From a virus (lineage: Duplodnaviria; Caudoviricetes), in IMG/VR virus record IMGVR_UViG_3300005804_000105, positions 1-44,125 of that record: a stretch of 44,125 nucleotides of DNA. One strand, given 5' to 3'. This document shows, piece by piece, positions 26,580 through 35,764 of this stretch. The notes under the pieces were generated by a model that saw only the letters and a list, made by a program, of their open reading frames with translations, searched no databases and was not told the DNA's origin. Numbering within the stretch: position 1 is the first letter of the stretch; each line of letters opens with the position of its first letter. The translations under genes and the position numbers were made by a program.

Positions 26580-26638
26580 GGTTATTTAGCTATTTTCAAG
26601 GTGTTCTGCACAATTGATTTTAAAAGGGCTGAGTAAAT

Positions 26639-27886
26639 TTACGATTTTCTAGACTCGTCTACCACATCGGAATAATGGACTTTCTTTCCATTGCGTATGA
26701 GATAGACATCTTTGTCTGAGCCGGAATGCTGAATGAATCGTCGAACAATCACACTGGCATAGGTATGATCAATTTCCATCATATGGCATATTCGGTCACT
26801 TTGCTCGCAGACAATTAAAGTGCTACCCGATCCTCCAAAAAAATCGATTACTACTCCATTAGCCTGAGAAGAGTTGGAAACTGGATAAGCAATCAACGGA
26901 AGACTTTTCATTGTGGGATGGAGTTCTGACTTTTTGGGCCGTGGGAATTCCCAGACAGTTGTCTGTTTTCGATCGTTATACCATTTGTGTTTTGCTGTAT
27001 CTTTGAAAGCATAAAGTACCGGTTCATGTCGCATTTGATAATCCATCCGACCAAGCACAAGGCTATCTTTTACCCAGATGCAGGTTGTTGAGTAATGAAA
27101 GCCAGCTGCTACTGTAGCATTAAAGAAGTTTACTTTTTCGGCATCTGAATGGAAGCAATAAAATGCACCGCCATCAGTTAGGTTGTCGTATATGTTTTTA
27201 AAAGCTTTTAGCAGAAAATTATAAAACTCTTCAGAGTGCATCTTGTCGTTCATAATCTTCATACCGGTGCCGCCGCTGTAGTCGCAGTTATATGGCGGAT
27301 CGGTAACGCATAGGTTTGCTTTTTTCCCCTGCATCAAGCGGGCAACATCTTCAGGGTTTGTTGCATCCCCACATAGAAGACTATGTCTTCCCAGGAGCCA
27401 TAAATCGCCTGACTCTACAAATGAAGGTTTTTCAGCGGCCTTATCTACATCAAAATCATCGTCCTTGACGTCTTCTATACCACCCAAGAGTTTATTAAGT
27501 TCAGCATCGTCAAAGCCGAGAAGCGATAGGTCAAACTCAGCACCCTGTAAATCAGAGAGTTCAACTGAGAGCATCTCCACGTCCCATCCAGCATTTTGGG
27601 CCAGGCGATTATCAGCAATGATATAGGCGCGTTTTTGTGCTTCGGTTAAATGTTCGACTACGATGCAGTTGAGTTCTGTTAATCCTTCTGCACGAGCCGC
27701 TTCAAGTCTGCCATGACCTGCAAGAAGGTTGTAACTTTCATCCACAATAAGAGCAGATATAACTCCAAACTCACGAAAGCTAGCTCGGATTTGAGCAATT
27801 TGTTCTTTGCTGTGGGTCCTGGCGTTTCGAGCATATGGAATGATTTTATCGATATCGACCACTTCAGTTCGTTTAGCAAGTTGCAT
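26639..27886 (-). CDS. ParB-domain N6/N4 DNA methyltransferase (beta-class motif order)
   Basis: PYARNARTH..AGHGR..ADNRL ParB domain; TDPPY; HPTMK; DFFGGSGST. Confidence 0.92.
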   Translation of the reverse strand: MQLAKRTEVVDIDKIIPYARNARTHSKEQIAQIRASFREFGVISALIVDESYNLLAGHGRLEAARAEGLTELNCIVVEHLTEAQKRAYIIADNRLAQNAGWDVEMLSVELSDLQGAEFDLSLLGFDDAELNKLLGGIEDVKDDDFDVDKAAEKPSFVESGDLWLLGRHSLLCGDATNPEDVARLMQGKKANLCVTDPPYNCDYSGGTGMKIMNDKMHSEEFYNFLLKAFKNIYDNLTDGGAFYCFHSDAEKVNFFNATVAAGFHYSTTCIWVKDSLVLGRMDYQMRHEPVLYAFKDTAKHKWYNDRKQTTVWEFPRPKKSELHPTMKSLPLIAYPVSNSSQANGVVIDFFGGSGSTLIVCEQSDRICHMMEIDHTYASVIVRRFIQHSGSDKDVYLIRNGKKVHYSDVVDESRKS

Positions 27887-27913
27887 TTAATTGCCCTCCA
27901 AAGATACGACTTG

Positions 27914-28489
27914 TTACTTCCTTTTTCTTGATAGCAGTGCTTCCATAATATCTTCCTGTGGGTTGCTCACGAAGGCCGTTGTGCAGTTCTGCTTAACGAT
28001 ATCGAATATTTCATACCAGAGCAGATTCGCCTGCTTCTGGAAGGACTGACTCATTTGAACGAAGGGACTTGTAATTGCACCTCCGGTGGTAGGGTGCTTG
28101 CCAAGTAGCCCATATAAGCTGATAGCTTCTTCACACTGGATGTAGCGGGTGAAGGCCTGGGCATAGGCTTCGATCAGCCTTGGGTTAACGAATTTCTCGC
28201 ATCCCCGGTCTTTGAGCCAGCGCCAGGTTTCGATAAAGAGTTGGTCAGCTCCGAGAGGTTTACCATCCTTTTGTCTTGAGCTGAGGTAATCGCTAGGGGA
28301 GGGCATATCCTCGCCGAAGAGGTCTGCAGCGCCATCTAGATCCTCAACTTCCAAAATGGATTCAGGATGAAGATCTGGCACTTCAAGCACCTTAGCTGCT
28401 TTCCCTTTTGTGATTTTGTCATTAAGTGCTTGCGGTTTATCACCAGCGCGAACACGCCTGCCGCCTCGATTGGTGCCGTCTTTAGCCAC
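27914..28489 (-). CDS. terS: Terminase small subunit (P27-like)
   Basis: MAKDGTNRGGRR..AG; KHPTTG...SPFV.M; follows HNH/cos region. Confidence 0.85.
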   Translation of the reverse strand: MAKDGTNRGGRRVRAGDKPQALNDKITKGKAAKVLEVPDLHPESILEVEDLDGAADLFGEDMPSPSDYLSSRQKDGKPLGADQLFIETWRWLKDRGCEKFVNPRLIEAYAQAFTRYIQCEEAISLYGLLGKHPTTGGAITSPFVQMSQSFQKQANLLWYEIFDIVKQNCTTAFVSNPQEDIMEALLSRKRK

Positions 28490-28612
28490 GTGCCGCGACC
28501 TCCCTTGGATATTTTTGGTTAATCACCCGTTTGAACCTGCATTTTTTCGCGCGAAGCTGCGGGCCCGGTCAAGTGTTTGAGGGTTGTAGAGATTTAACAC
28601 CCCCCCCCTAGG
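28490..28612. other. Putative cos packaging region
   Basis: Between HNH and terS; minus strand G-run, AAATCTCT, GC-rich GACCGGGCCCGC, CGCGCGAAAAAA. Confidence 0.55.
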
Positions 28613-28979
28613 GGTTGTTGGTTCGACGTTTCCACCGACCGCCTTCCCGTGCGGTGATCGCTGAGTGACACGAGGTACAAAGTGACATCAGATTTAAAAA
28701 ATCATTATCGCCACCTTGAGACAGCGGCTTAATGTGATGCACCTCTGTAGCTGGTGTGAATTGTCCAAGCTTATGACACTGTTCACAGAGAGGATGGGCC
28801 GCGATGTAAAGGTCACGGATCCGTTTCCAAGACCTACCGTATCGTTTCTTCATGGTAGGATCTCGGTCGTACTTCTCGTAGCGTTTTTCTTCCTGTTTAG
28901 CATGTTCCTCGCAGAACCTTCCGTTTGTCAGCTTTGGACATCCTGGGTGAGAACAGGGTCGTTTTGGTCTATAGGGCAT
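28608..28979 (-). CDS. Packaging-associated HNH endonuclease
   Basis: PLCEQC..EVHHIKPLSQGG....NLMSLC.SCH. Confidence 0.93.
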   Translation of the reverse strand: MPYRPKRPCSHPGCPKLTNGRFCEEHAKQEEKRYEKYDRDPTMKKRYGRSWKRIRDLYIAAHPLCEQCHKLGQFTPATEVHHIKPLSQGGDNDFLNLMSLCTSCHSAITAREGGRWKRRTNNP

Positions 28980-29004
28980 CGTGGGTCACCTCATTTTGGG
29001 CATA

Positions 29005-29040
29005 GAAAAAGCCCTCACAGGTTTACCCTGCAAAGGCTTA
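29005..29040 (-). terminator. Hairpin / terminator in the leader of the HNH gene
   Basis: Minus strand AGCCTTTGCAGG-GTAAA-CCTGTGAGGGCT-TTTTC. Confidence 0.55.
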
Positions 29041-29082
29041 GAAAATGATTTAATCTTTCATAATATAACGATATCACACTTC

Positions 29083-29101
29083 GACCGGACAAAACGGACA
29101 A
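29083..29101 (-). repeat. 19-bp direct repeat copy A (TTGTCCGTTTTGTCCGGTC), putative late-activator site
   Basis: Identical to 30815-30833. Confidence 0.85.
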
Positions 29102-29137
29102 TTAAGTTTTATATTTATTGCTCGGGTTCAACTTAAA

Positions 29138-30310
29138 TTATTCACTTACACTCATCAAGGTATATTCTACTTGTTCTTTCCTGGTTAATTGATTAATTAC
29201 AAGTTTTTCCTCTATCTCAACATTAACGTCTAATGGTACTGTGAATTTTTCTACATTAACATCAATAGATAGCTTACCTTCAATTTTTTTCTCGTCATCT
29301 GGAATAAATGAAAACGCTTTACTATCTACGTTTACTCCTACAAGCCTACCTCGATATGACAGTATGCTAGATTTATTGGAAATTTCAGATTCTAAAGTAT
29401 CTAAACTATCTTTTATTTCATCAACGGTTAAAAAGACATCCTTAGTTGATTTCATTGGCGTCGCATAATAGGTTTTCAAATTTGCATTATTCTTGATTAG
29501 TACTGTGAGTATTTTTTTGTAGTGTAAGCCTACTTTCGGATTAAGATCATCTAAAATTTCTCTAATTTTCACAGCGTCACTTTTTGATTCTAACAATCTT
29601 AGAAAAGTTTCAATGTTTTTTGCCACCTGGACATCGCCGAATATGTTGCATAATTGTTTAGACATAAAACGAATTCCAAACGATGCTGCATAAGTACCGG
29701 TAATCGATAACTGATTATCTTCAATGATCGTTTTAGGAAAATTCGAATTAATTGACCCCGATTTATGGGCAATTGAATAGATCGTGTTTTGAATTTCCAT
29801 AACTGATTTTGATAATATTTCAGGAGAAATCTCAGTAGAATGGCCTTGATTAATCTCTAAAGATATGTCCAATAAAACTCTATTTTCCTTTTTAGCTAAA
29901 TCATGACGAAAGTTTTCATATATACTAACATTTTCCGGTATATCTTCGATTTCAATATAAGCATCTTCTGTTGGTAAATCTTCAGGGGTCAATTCGTTGT
30001 GGTTCATAAACGTTGCTACACCATAAGAATGCTCAGGGTCTAATGTTACTCTCCAGAGTTGATACTCCTCGGGGTTTTTAAAAGCATCATAGACACTTAC
30101 TGTTCCTTTTTTTAATTGAAGTAACTTATACGGAGTAATAGGCAGCAATAACCATGTTTTATTATCCTCTTCAAGATCAATGCAATTGGCTAAAAAAACG
30201 TGCCCTAGTAAGTTCTTACAACTAAACAATAATGGTTCCTCATAAAAGAGGAAAATATCTTCGATATAAAGTTTACCCAAAAGATCTACTTGAAGAAAAG
30301 AATTCAACAT
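29138..30310 (-). CDS. AT-rich accessory protein, 390 aa (DUF6575-like N-terminus)
   Basis: LG.L.....F.FYEEPLLFSC.N......W; YAASFGI; visibly AT-rich. Confidence 0.7.
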   Translation of the reverse strand: MLNSFLQVDLLGKLYIEDIFLFYEEPLLFSCKNLLGHVFLANCIDLEEDNKTWLLLPITPYKLLQLKKGTVSVYDAFKNPEEYQLWRVTLDPEHSYGVATFMNHNELTPEDLPTEDAYIEIEDIPENVSIYENFRHDLAKKENRVLLDISLEINQGHSTEISPEILSKSVMEIQNTIYSIAHKSGSINSNFPKTIIEDNQLSITGTYAASFGIRFMSKQLCNIFGDVQVAKNIETFLRLLESKSDAVKIREILDDLNPKVGLHYKKILTVLIKNNANLKTYYATPMKSTKDVFLTVDEIKDSLDTLESEISNKSSILSYRGRLVGVNVDSKAFSFIPDDEKKIEGKLSIDVNVEKFTVPLDVNVEIEEKLVINQLTRKEQVEYTLMSVSE

Positions 30311-30343
30311 GGTTTCACCCCCTTACATACAAGTTGGACATTG

Positions 30344-30754
30344 TTAAAAATCACAAACGGTGAAGTTCGATGCTGGTTTTACACCTTGATAAAGCCACCA
30401 CGTCATGTGGTATTTTTGTTTTTGAGAAGGTGTATTCTTAATAACCCCAGAATCTGGAGTCACAGTTCCTTTAGCAATAAACTTATACTTTCTTCTTAAA
30501 CCTGGATTTAAATTTAAGCTGTTCTTTGCACTTTCTAAGTTCGATACAACTGACAATCCGTATGCCTCAACTCTTCCTTCATGTTTTACGGGGTTTAACT
30601 CATAATATGACTTAAAGTCATCATCTGATGGTGGCTTATTTTCAATATATCTAAAGACATTTATATTTTTTTCAATTGCGTCGGAAGGTGGACAATTTTC
30701 TGGGAAAAAATCTGGAAATGTTTTCAAAACCTCAATTTTCCCCCTTTCTTTCAC
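30344..30754 (-). CDS. AT-rich accessory protein, 136 aa (possible ART/RES-like fold)
   Basis: FP..CPP..VFR...DF....GLSV...G......G......H.TWW. Confidence 0.65.
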   Translation of the reverse strand: MKERGKIEVLKTFPDFFPENCPPSDAIEKNINVFRYIENKPPSDDDFKSYYELNPVKHEGRVEAYGLSVVSNLESAKNSLNLNPGLRRKYKFIAKGTVTPDSGVIKNTPSQKQKYHMTWWLYQGVKPASNFTVCDF

Positions 30755-30814
30755 TCTAAATCAAAATCGTATTGACAGATGATATTTTCTCTATTTTATA
30801 CATTACCATATTAT

Positions 30815-30833
30815 GACCGGACAAAACGGACAA
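30815..30833 (-). repeat. 19-bp direct repeat copy B, putative late-activator site
   Basis: Identical to 29083-29101; begins 3 nt after the ArpU-like stop codon. Confidence 0.85.
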
Positions 30834-30836
30834 ATT

Positions 30837-31232
30837 TTACTTTTTTCTTAAAAATCGGTCATGTGCCTTACGAACTGATTCACCGGAGAGTGAATAACTT
30901 ATACTAGCTGCAACCTGCTCCCATGGTAGGCCATTGATATATCTAAGTGATAAAATCAATCGCATTTGACTGTCTTCAATACTGTTGATGTAGCGGTTTA
31001 GCCGGTTAAGTTCATAAAAGCATTTTTTTAAGTCAAGGTCGAGAAGGCATTTGAGATCTACAATTTCTGCGACATATTCAGCAATTCTATCACTTAAACC
31101 TTGGGTTTTAGGTAAACCTGTAATCCTGACTGTACATCCCGTTGCTAAGGCCTCAAGTTCGGCGATACGTCTCTGAATTTCTTCAATTTCACGGTTGAGG
31201 TAGTAAAGCTGCGAGAGTTCTTTCTTAGTCAA
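30837..31232 (-). CDS. ArpU/DUF1492-like late transcriptional activator
   Basis: MTKKELSQ...LNREI..INSIED...R.IL.LRYI.GL.WEQVA HTH; lies between replication and packaging modules. Confidence 0.8.
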   Translation of the reverse strand: MTKKELSQLYYLNREIEEIQRRIAELEALATGCTVRITGLPKTQGLSDRIAEYVAEIVDLKCLLDLDLKKCFYELNRLNRYINSIEDSQMRLILSLRYINGLPWEQVAASISYSLSGESVRKAHDRFLRKK

Positions 31233-32584
31233 TTAGTACCACCTCCGATACAAGCCTTGACTGCATCAATCAGCGCAATCTGGGTCTTATCCTTAAGCTT
31301 TAATGCTCTAATGACCTGCTCGTCAATTGTGTCCTTAGAGATAATGTGGTGAATCACTACGGTTTCCTTTTGGCCTTGTCTCCAAAGTCTGGCATTGGTT
31401 TGTTGGTAAAGCTCAAGACTCCAGGTGAGTGAAAACCAGACGAGAGTGGAGCCACCAGCCTGAAGGTTGAGGCCATGTCCTGCAGATGCTGGATGAATCA
31501 CAGCCAGTGGGATCTCGCCTAAGTTCCACCTGCGGATACTGTCGCTTGAGTCGAGACGCTCAGCAGGAAACCTCGATAGTATTCGACTAAGGTCATGCTT
31601 ATACCAATAAGCAATCAGAACAGGTTTGCCATTCGCCGCTTCGATCAGATCCTCAAGAGCATCAAGCTTTTGGTCATGTAGATGTATGGCATCGTGGTTT
31701 TCGTCGTATACCGCACCATTTGCCATTTGCAGAAGTTTGCCTGAAAGGGCAGCGGCATTAACCGCGTCTATCTCTTTACCATGAAGGGATAGGATCATAT
31801 CATTCTTCATAGCTTTGTAATGTAGCGCCTCTTCATCTGACATCCTTATGGGGATTTCATTCATCACGAGTTCCGGTAGTTTCAAATGATCAGTACCTTT
31901 CATGGAAATGGTGATGTCTGAGATCTGTCTATAGATGGCCTCTTCTGCACCAGGTTTTGGTTTATAAGAAAACACCACCTGGGCATTTCGTTTATCAGGT
32001 TCAAAGTACGTTGTCCGGTAACTACCGATAAATCTGCCAAGGCGCTGTCCCATATCTAGCAAGCGGAACTGTGCAAAAAGATCGATGAGGTTATTAGCGC
32101 AAGGGGTACCCGTGAGTCCGATGATGCGCTTGACTTTTGGCCGCACCTTCATCAGAGCCCGAAAACGCTTTGCTTGGTGGTTCTTGAAGGAGGACAATTC
32201 GTCTACCACAACAGTGTCAAAATTGAAGGGCAGCTTGCTTTCCTCAATGAGCCACTGGACGTTCTCGCGATTGATGATGTATATGTCAGCCGGCTTGATA
32301 AGTGCCGCACGACGTTCTGCTTCGGTACCGACAGCCACGGAGTAGATGAGGTTCTTGAGATGATCCCACTTATCTACTTCAGCAGGCCATGTATCCCGAG
32401 CTACTCTGAGGGGTCCAATAATCAATATTTTATGGATTTCAAAGCTGTCAAAAAGCAAGTCATTCAGTGCTGTCAGAGTAATTACAGTTTTGCCAAGACC
32501 CATCGAAAGAAGTATTGCGCTTACAGAATTCCTCTTTATGAAGTTCATGGCAAATTCCTGGTAATAATGGGGTTCATATTTCAT
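31229..32584 (-). CDS. SNF2-family helicase
   Basis: MGLGKT, VVDELS, LTGTP, GHGLNLQ, Q.NARLWRQGQ; start set at MKYEPH. Confidence 0.92.
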   Translation of the reverse strand: MKYEPHYYQEFAMNFIKRNSVSAILLSMGLGKTVITLTALNDLLFDSFEIHKILIIGPLRVARDTWPAEVDKWDHLKNLIYSVAVGTEAERRAALIKPADIYIINRENVQWLIEESKLPFNFDTVVVDELSSFKNHQAKRFRALMKVRPKVKRIIGLTGTPCANNLIDLFAQFRLLDMGQRLGRFIGSYRTTYFEPDKRNAQVVFSYKPKPGAEEAIYRQISDITISMKGTDHLKLPELVMNEIPIRMSDEEALHYKAMKNDMILSLHGKEIDAVNAAALSGKLLQMANGAVYDENHDAIHLHDQKLDALEDLIEAANGKPVLIAYWYKHDLSRILSRFPAERLDSSDSIRRWNLGEIPLAVIHPASAGHGLNLQAGGSTLVWFSLTWSLELYQQTNARLWRQGQKETVVIHHIISKDTIDEQVIRALKLKDKTQIALIDAVKACIGGGTN

Positions 32585-32846
32585 CAATAAGACCCCCAAT
32601 CTGCTGCTCGTCATCAAGAACATAAACCTTAAAACCAAGCCCGCGAAGTAATTTGTGCCTTGCCAGTTGAAGTGGCCTTGGCTTTTCACCAAGAGCTTTT
32701 ACCTCCACGAAAGCCATATGGCCACCCGGTAGAAGTACGATTCGGTCGGGCATACCATCAAGACCAGGGCTTACAAACTTTGGACAGATGCCTCCCACGC
32801 TCTTAACCGCTTTAATGAGTTTACATTCCAGTGTTTTTTCACGCAT
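32574..32846 (-). CDS. VRR-NUC domain nuclease
   Basis: GMPDRIVL....FVEVK..G.KPR.LQ. Confidence 0.92.
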   Translation of the reverse strand: MREKTLECKLIKAVKSVGGICPKFVSPGLDGMPDRIVLLPGGHMAFVEVKALGEKPRPLQLARHKLLRGLGFKVYVLDDEQQIGGLIDEI

Positions 32847-33400
32847 TTAACTTCCCACCATTTCATCTCTCTGGATCAAGTGCCACAAGTGAACACCAAT
32901 TTCCTTATATTCCTTACGCGTGATACAGGATAGCTATATCCCTTAATGTGTATTTGCCATTTTGAATATAATGGAGATTCTTGTTCACTTGTAGCTGGAC
33001 TCTTCTCCAAGCAGCATAGAATAAGGACTTCACGCTTTGGAACAATCCATCCTGTAGTACCTTTATCAATCAAATATTACCAGTGGTGCATTCCATCTTT
33101 TTATGTGACTAATGACACCTGGCTAAATATGAAGAATAAATTTCATCGTTTTTCAATCCATGTACTTCCTGATCTTATAGTTCCCAATTCCCGAAAACCC
33201 CTTATACGCGCGATATGCGTGTGGCGTGTGCTATTAGCTACTATTTACTACTATTACATTTAATATAAATATTAGGATTACAGGTACAACTAGCTATGGA
33301 TGGCCAAATAGCAATATTTATGGGTTGTACCTGTAAATGTTCCTTAATTCTTCGGACAACTTTTAAGAACAAAATGCTAAGAACAGGTTGTTCCTAAACG
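32847..33400. other. Non-coding region after VapE, candidate replication origin
   Basis: AT-rich core, short degenerate GTTCC/GAACA repeats, no convincing ORF. Confidence 0.4.
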
Positions 33401-35764
33401 TCACCACGCGCGGCCTTTTGGCATGAAGATATACTGCGGACCGTAAAGAGGTCTTCTTTCTTTTTTTGCCACTCGCTCCCAGCCAAGCTTGATGAGGATC
33501 GCGGTGAGCTCGTTGGAATCTTGGCGTTTTAGATTTGAACGATCTTTTCCAAAACACTCACACCAGATTTCCATATTGCATACACTCAGTCGCCTTTTAG
33601 TGCCGCGTCGTCCGATGCCACCTAACTCTGTGCCGTTAAGAAAGTTTCGACGATCAAAGAGGTCAAGAGCTTCCCAGTCATCAGGTAATCGTGTATCGAG
33701 ATACTCCCTGACAAGACCCTCACGCTCATCTGATTCCAGAGCTTCTCGCTGCTCAGCCTTGGCCTGCTGCTCCATAGTCGATTCTAAAAACAGCGGCTCG
33801 CTTGCATTTACATAGATTAAGGCTTCTGCCCAGATTTGCATGACCTCGTTATCCGATAGCTTCCAGGAGCGTTTACTCCCACTGCCTGGTGTCTTCACCG
33901 GCCAAAAACGACGATTGCCTGTGGTGTCACGAAGGTATCCTGACTCTGCATTGGTCGTACCGAAGAAGATGCACTGCCTTAGATGAGGTGTTGCACGCTT
34001 TCCAAATGCCGCGCGGTAGATGTCATTTTGCCTTGAAAGAAATGATCTTAGTGTCTCAACCTCAGCTTTTCTCAGACCTGCCAGTTCGCCGATCTCTATG
34101 ATCCAGTATCCCTGAAGTTTTTCTGCAGCGGTTTTATCTTTGGTATCGCTGAGATTAAGACTGTCAGAGAACCACTCGCCTGCAAGCCTAGAAATGAGTG
34201 TACTTTTGCCAACGCCTTGTGGACCATTCAGAACGAGCATGGAGTCAAACTTACATCCTGGGGTCCGCACACGACAAATGGCTGCGCATAGTGTTTTTCT
34301 GGTAACAGCTCTAACATATTCATTATCATCTGCACCAAGGTAATCGATTAAAAGCGTATCCACTCTTGGAATGCCATCCCATGCAGGTAAAGAGTCGAGA
34401 AATTCTCGGATAGGGTGGTAGGACCGGTCATCTGCAACCTTCGCCACAGCGGTTTGATAGTTGCGCTGAGAGAAGGTTCCGTAATTTGAGTCTACATAGC
34501 TGATAAGCTGAGCATCATCGGCATCACGCCAGTATTTTGAAGGGTGGTTCCAAGGGACATGGCCTTTAATCTCCATACCATCTAGCTGCTGATTGAATAC
34601 GATGGATTTCAGGTTGGGATCGTGTTGTAGGATCAGTGTGATGTTGTGGAGGTTATTTTTAAGAACGGTGGAGCGGGGCTCATATTCAAGTCTCTTTTGC
34701 CAGTCATCATCAATAAAGTCACTTGCGGCTCGTGACTGACGCTCCTGTACGAGTAGCAGTTTGACATTCTCATCCTTAGCTGCGAATTTAGACATTTCGA
34801 TATAGGATGGAAGTTTGGAAACAGGCGTGTCCTCTGGGAGCTTATCATCAAGGTTTCTAAAGTGGTGTAACCTCACAAGGTCAAAGGCGCTCAGTAGCTT
34901 TCCGCAGGCGGGATCCGTGGCATGATGGCTATAGACGAACTTACTGTCATAGGTGACTACACCGGCACTGCTGTCGGCAGGGATGTAGCTATATCTACCA
35001 TTCATCGCTGAAGGTTCGTAAATGTCTGACAAAAAGGTTTCAATGGCTTCTTCTACACTGTAGGTCCGGTTAAATGCACCGATGATACCTGGCTTTGAAA
35101 GAGGGTCACCCGCCTTGACTGCTGCGCTATGAATGACCTCAGACTGACGACTCGACCTTGGCCAGGTGGATTCATCTTGCCAGTCATCGTACTTTGACAG
35201 ATAAGCATCGGGGTCCAGAAGTTTTCCTTCACGCTCTTTAAAGAAAAACTCCCCATTTCTTGATGTCGATGGCCAGTACATGAGTCTATGCGGTTCGTAG
35301 GTCGTATCGTCGAAGAGGTCGATGCCGATGTCTTTTGCCACCATGCGTGCGACAGCTGGATATTCTGCTTCAGTAATATCGCGAAGAAGTGGGATGGCTA
35401 GCCGGACCCTTGGATGCTTGGGTGTATGCTTATGAGTGGAATAGGCGCAGCAGGTGAAATCGTGGAGCATGATGATTTCATCCCAGATACCAGGAGAGGC
35501 ATAGTCCATGTCCAGCACAATCATGGACCGGGAGAGGACGAACCCTTTCTTTCGTCTGCCTTCCCTAAGGTGACCAGCGACATATCCACCCACGTCCTTG
35601 ATGGCATCTTGCTGCCCCTTTTTAGATTTTAGGTACTCTTCAGTGGTCTCTGTGGTTCGAATGGTGGTGCTCACTCTGTTACAGAAGTCCTGCCAAGAGA
35701 TCTCATTATTCTTCCATTTCTTGTCCATACGACTGTTACCATAAGAGATCTTTAAATCACGCAT
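33401..35764 (-). CDS. VapE-family primase/helicase-like replication protein
   Basis: LDMD, YSTHKH primase-like N-terminus; GPQGVGKST Walker A; DTTGNRRFWP; start set at MRDLK. Confidence 0.9.
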   Translation of the reverse strand: MRDLKISYGNSRMDKKWKNNEISWQDFCNRVSTTIRTTETTEEYLKSKKGQQDAIKDVGGYVAGHLREGRRKKGFVLSRSMIVLDMDYASPGIWDEIIMLHDFTCCAYSTHKHTPKHPRVRLAIPLLRDITEAEYPAVARMVAKDIGIDLFDDTTYEPHRLMYWPSTSRNGEFFFKEREGKLLDPDAYLSKYDDWQDESTWPRSSRQSEVIHSAAVKAGDPLSKPGIIGAFNRTYSVEEAIETFLSDIYEPSAMNGRYSYIPADSSAGVVTYDSKFVYSHHATDPACGKLLSAFDLVRLHHFRNLDDKLPEDTPVSKLPSYIEMSKFAAKDENVKLLLVQERQSRAASDFIDDDWQKRLEYEPRSTVLKNNLHNITLILQHDPNLKSIVFNQQLDGMEIKGHVPWNHPSKYWRDADDAQLISYVDSNYGTFSQRNYQTAVAKVADDRSYHPIREFLDSLPAWDGIPRVDTLLIDYLGADDNEYVRAVTRKTLCAAICRVRTPGCKFDSMLVLNGPQGVGKSTLISRLAGEWFSDSLNLSDTKDKTAAEKLQGYWIIEIGELAGLRKAEVETLRSFLSRQNDIYRAAFGKRATPHLRQCIFFGTTNAESGYLRDTTGNRRFWPVKTPGSGSKRSWKLSDNEVMQIWAEALIYVNASEPLFLESTMEQQAKAEQREALESDEREGLVREYLDTRLPDDWEALDLFDRRNFLNGTELGGIGRRGTKRRLSVCNMEIWCECFGKDRSNLKRQDSNELTAILIKLGWERVAKKERRPLYGPQYIFMPKGRAW

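Noticed and set aside
32876-33263. ORFs of 65 aa (minus) and 105 aa (plus) in the post-VapE gap
   Set aside because: No RBS or motif support; the region looks non-coding
25825-35764. 'Virulence' labels for the VapE and virulence-related proteins
   Set aside because: Historical family names; context indicates phage replication or accessory roles
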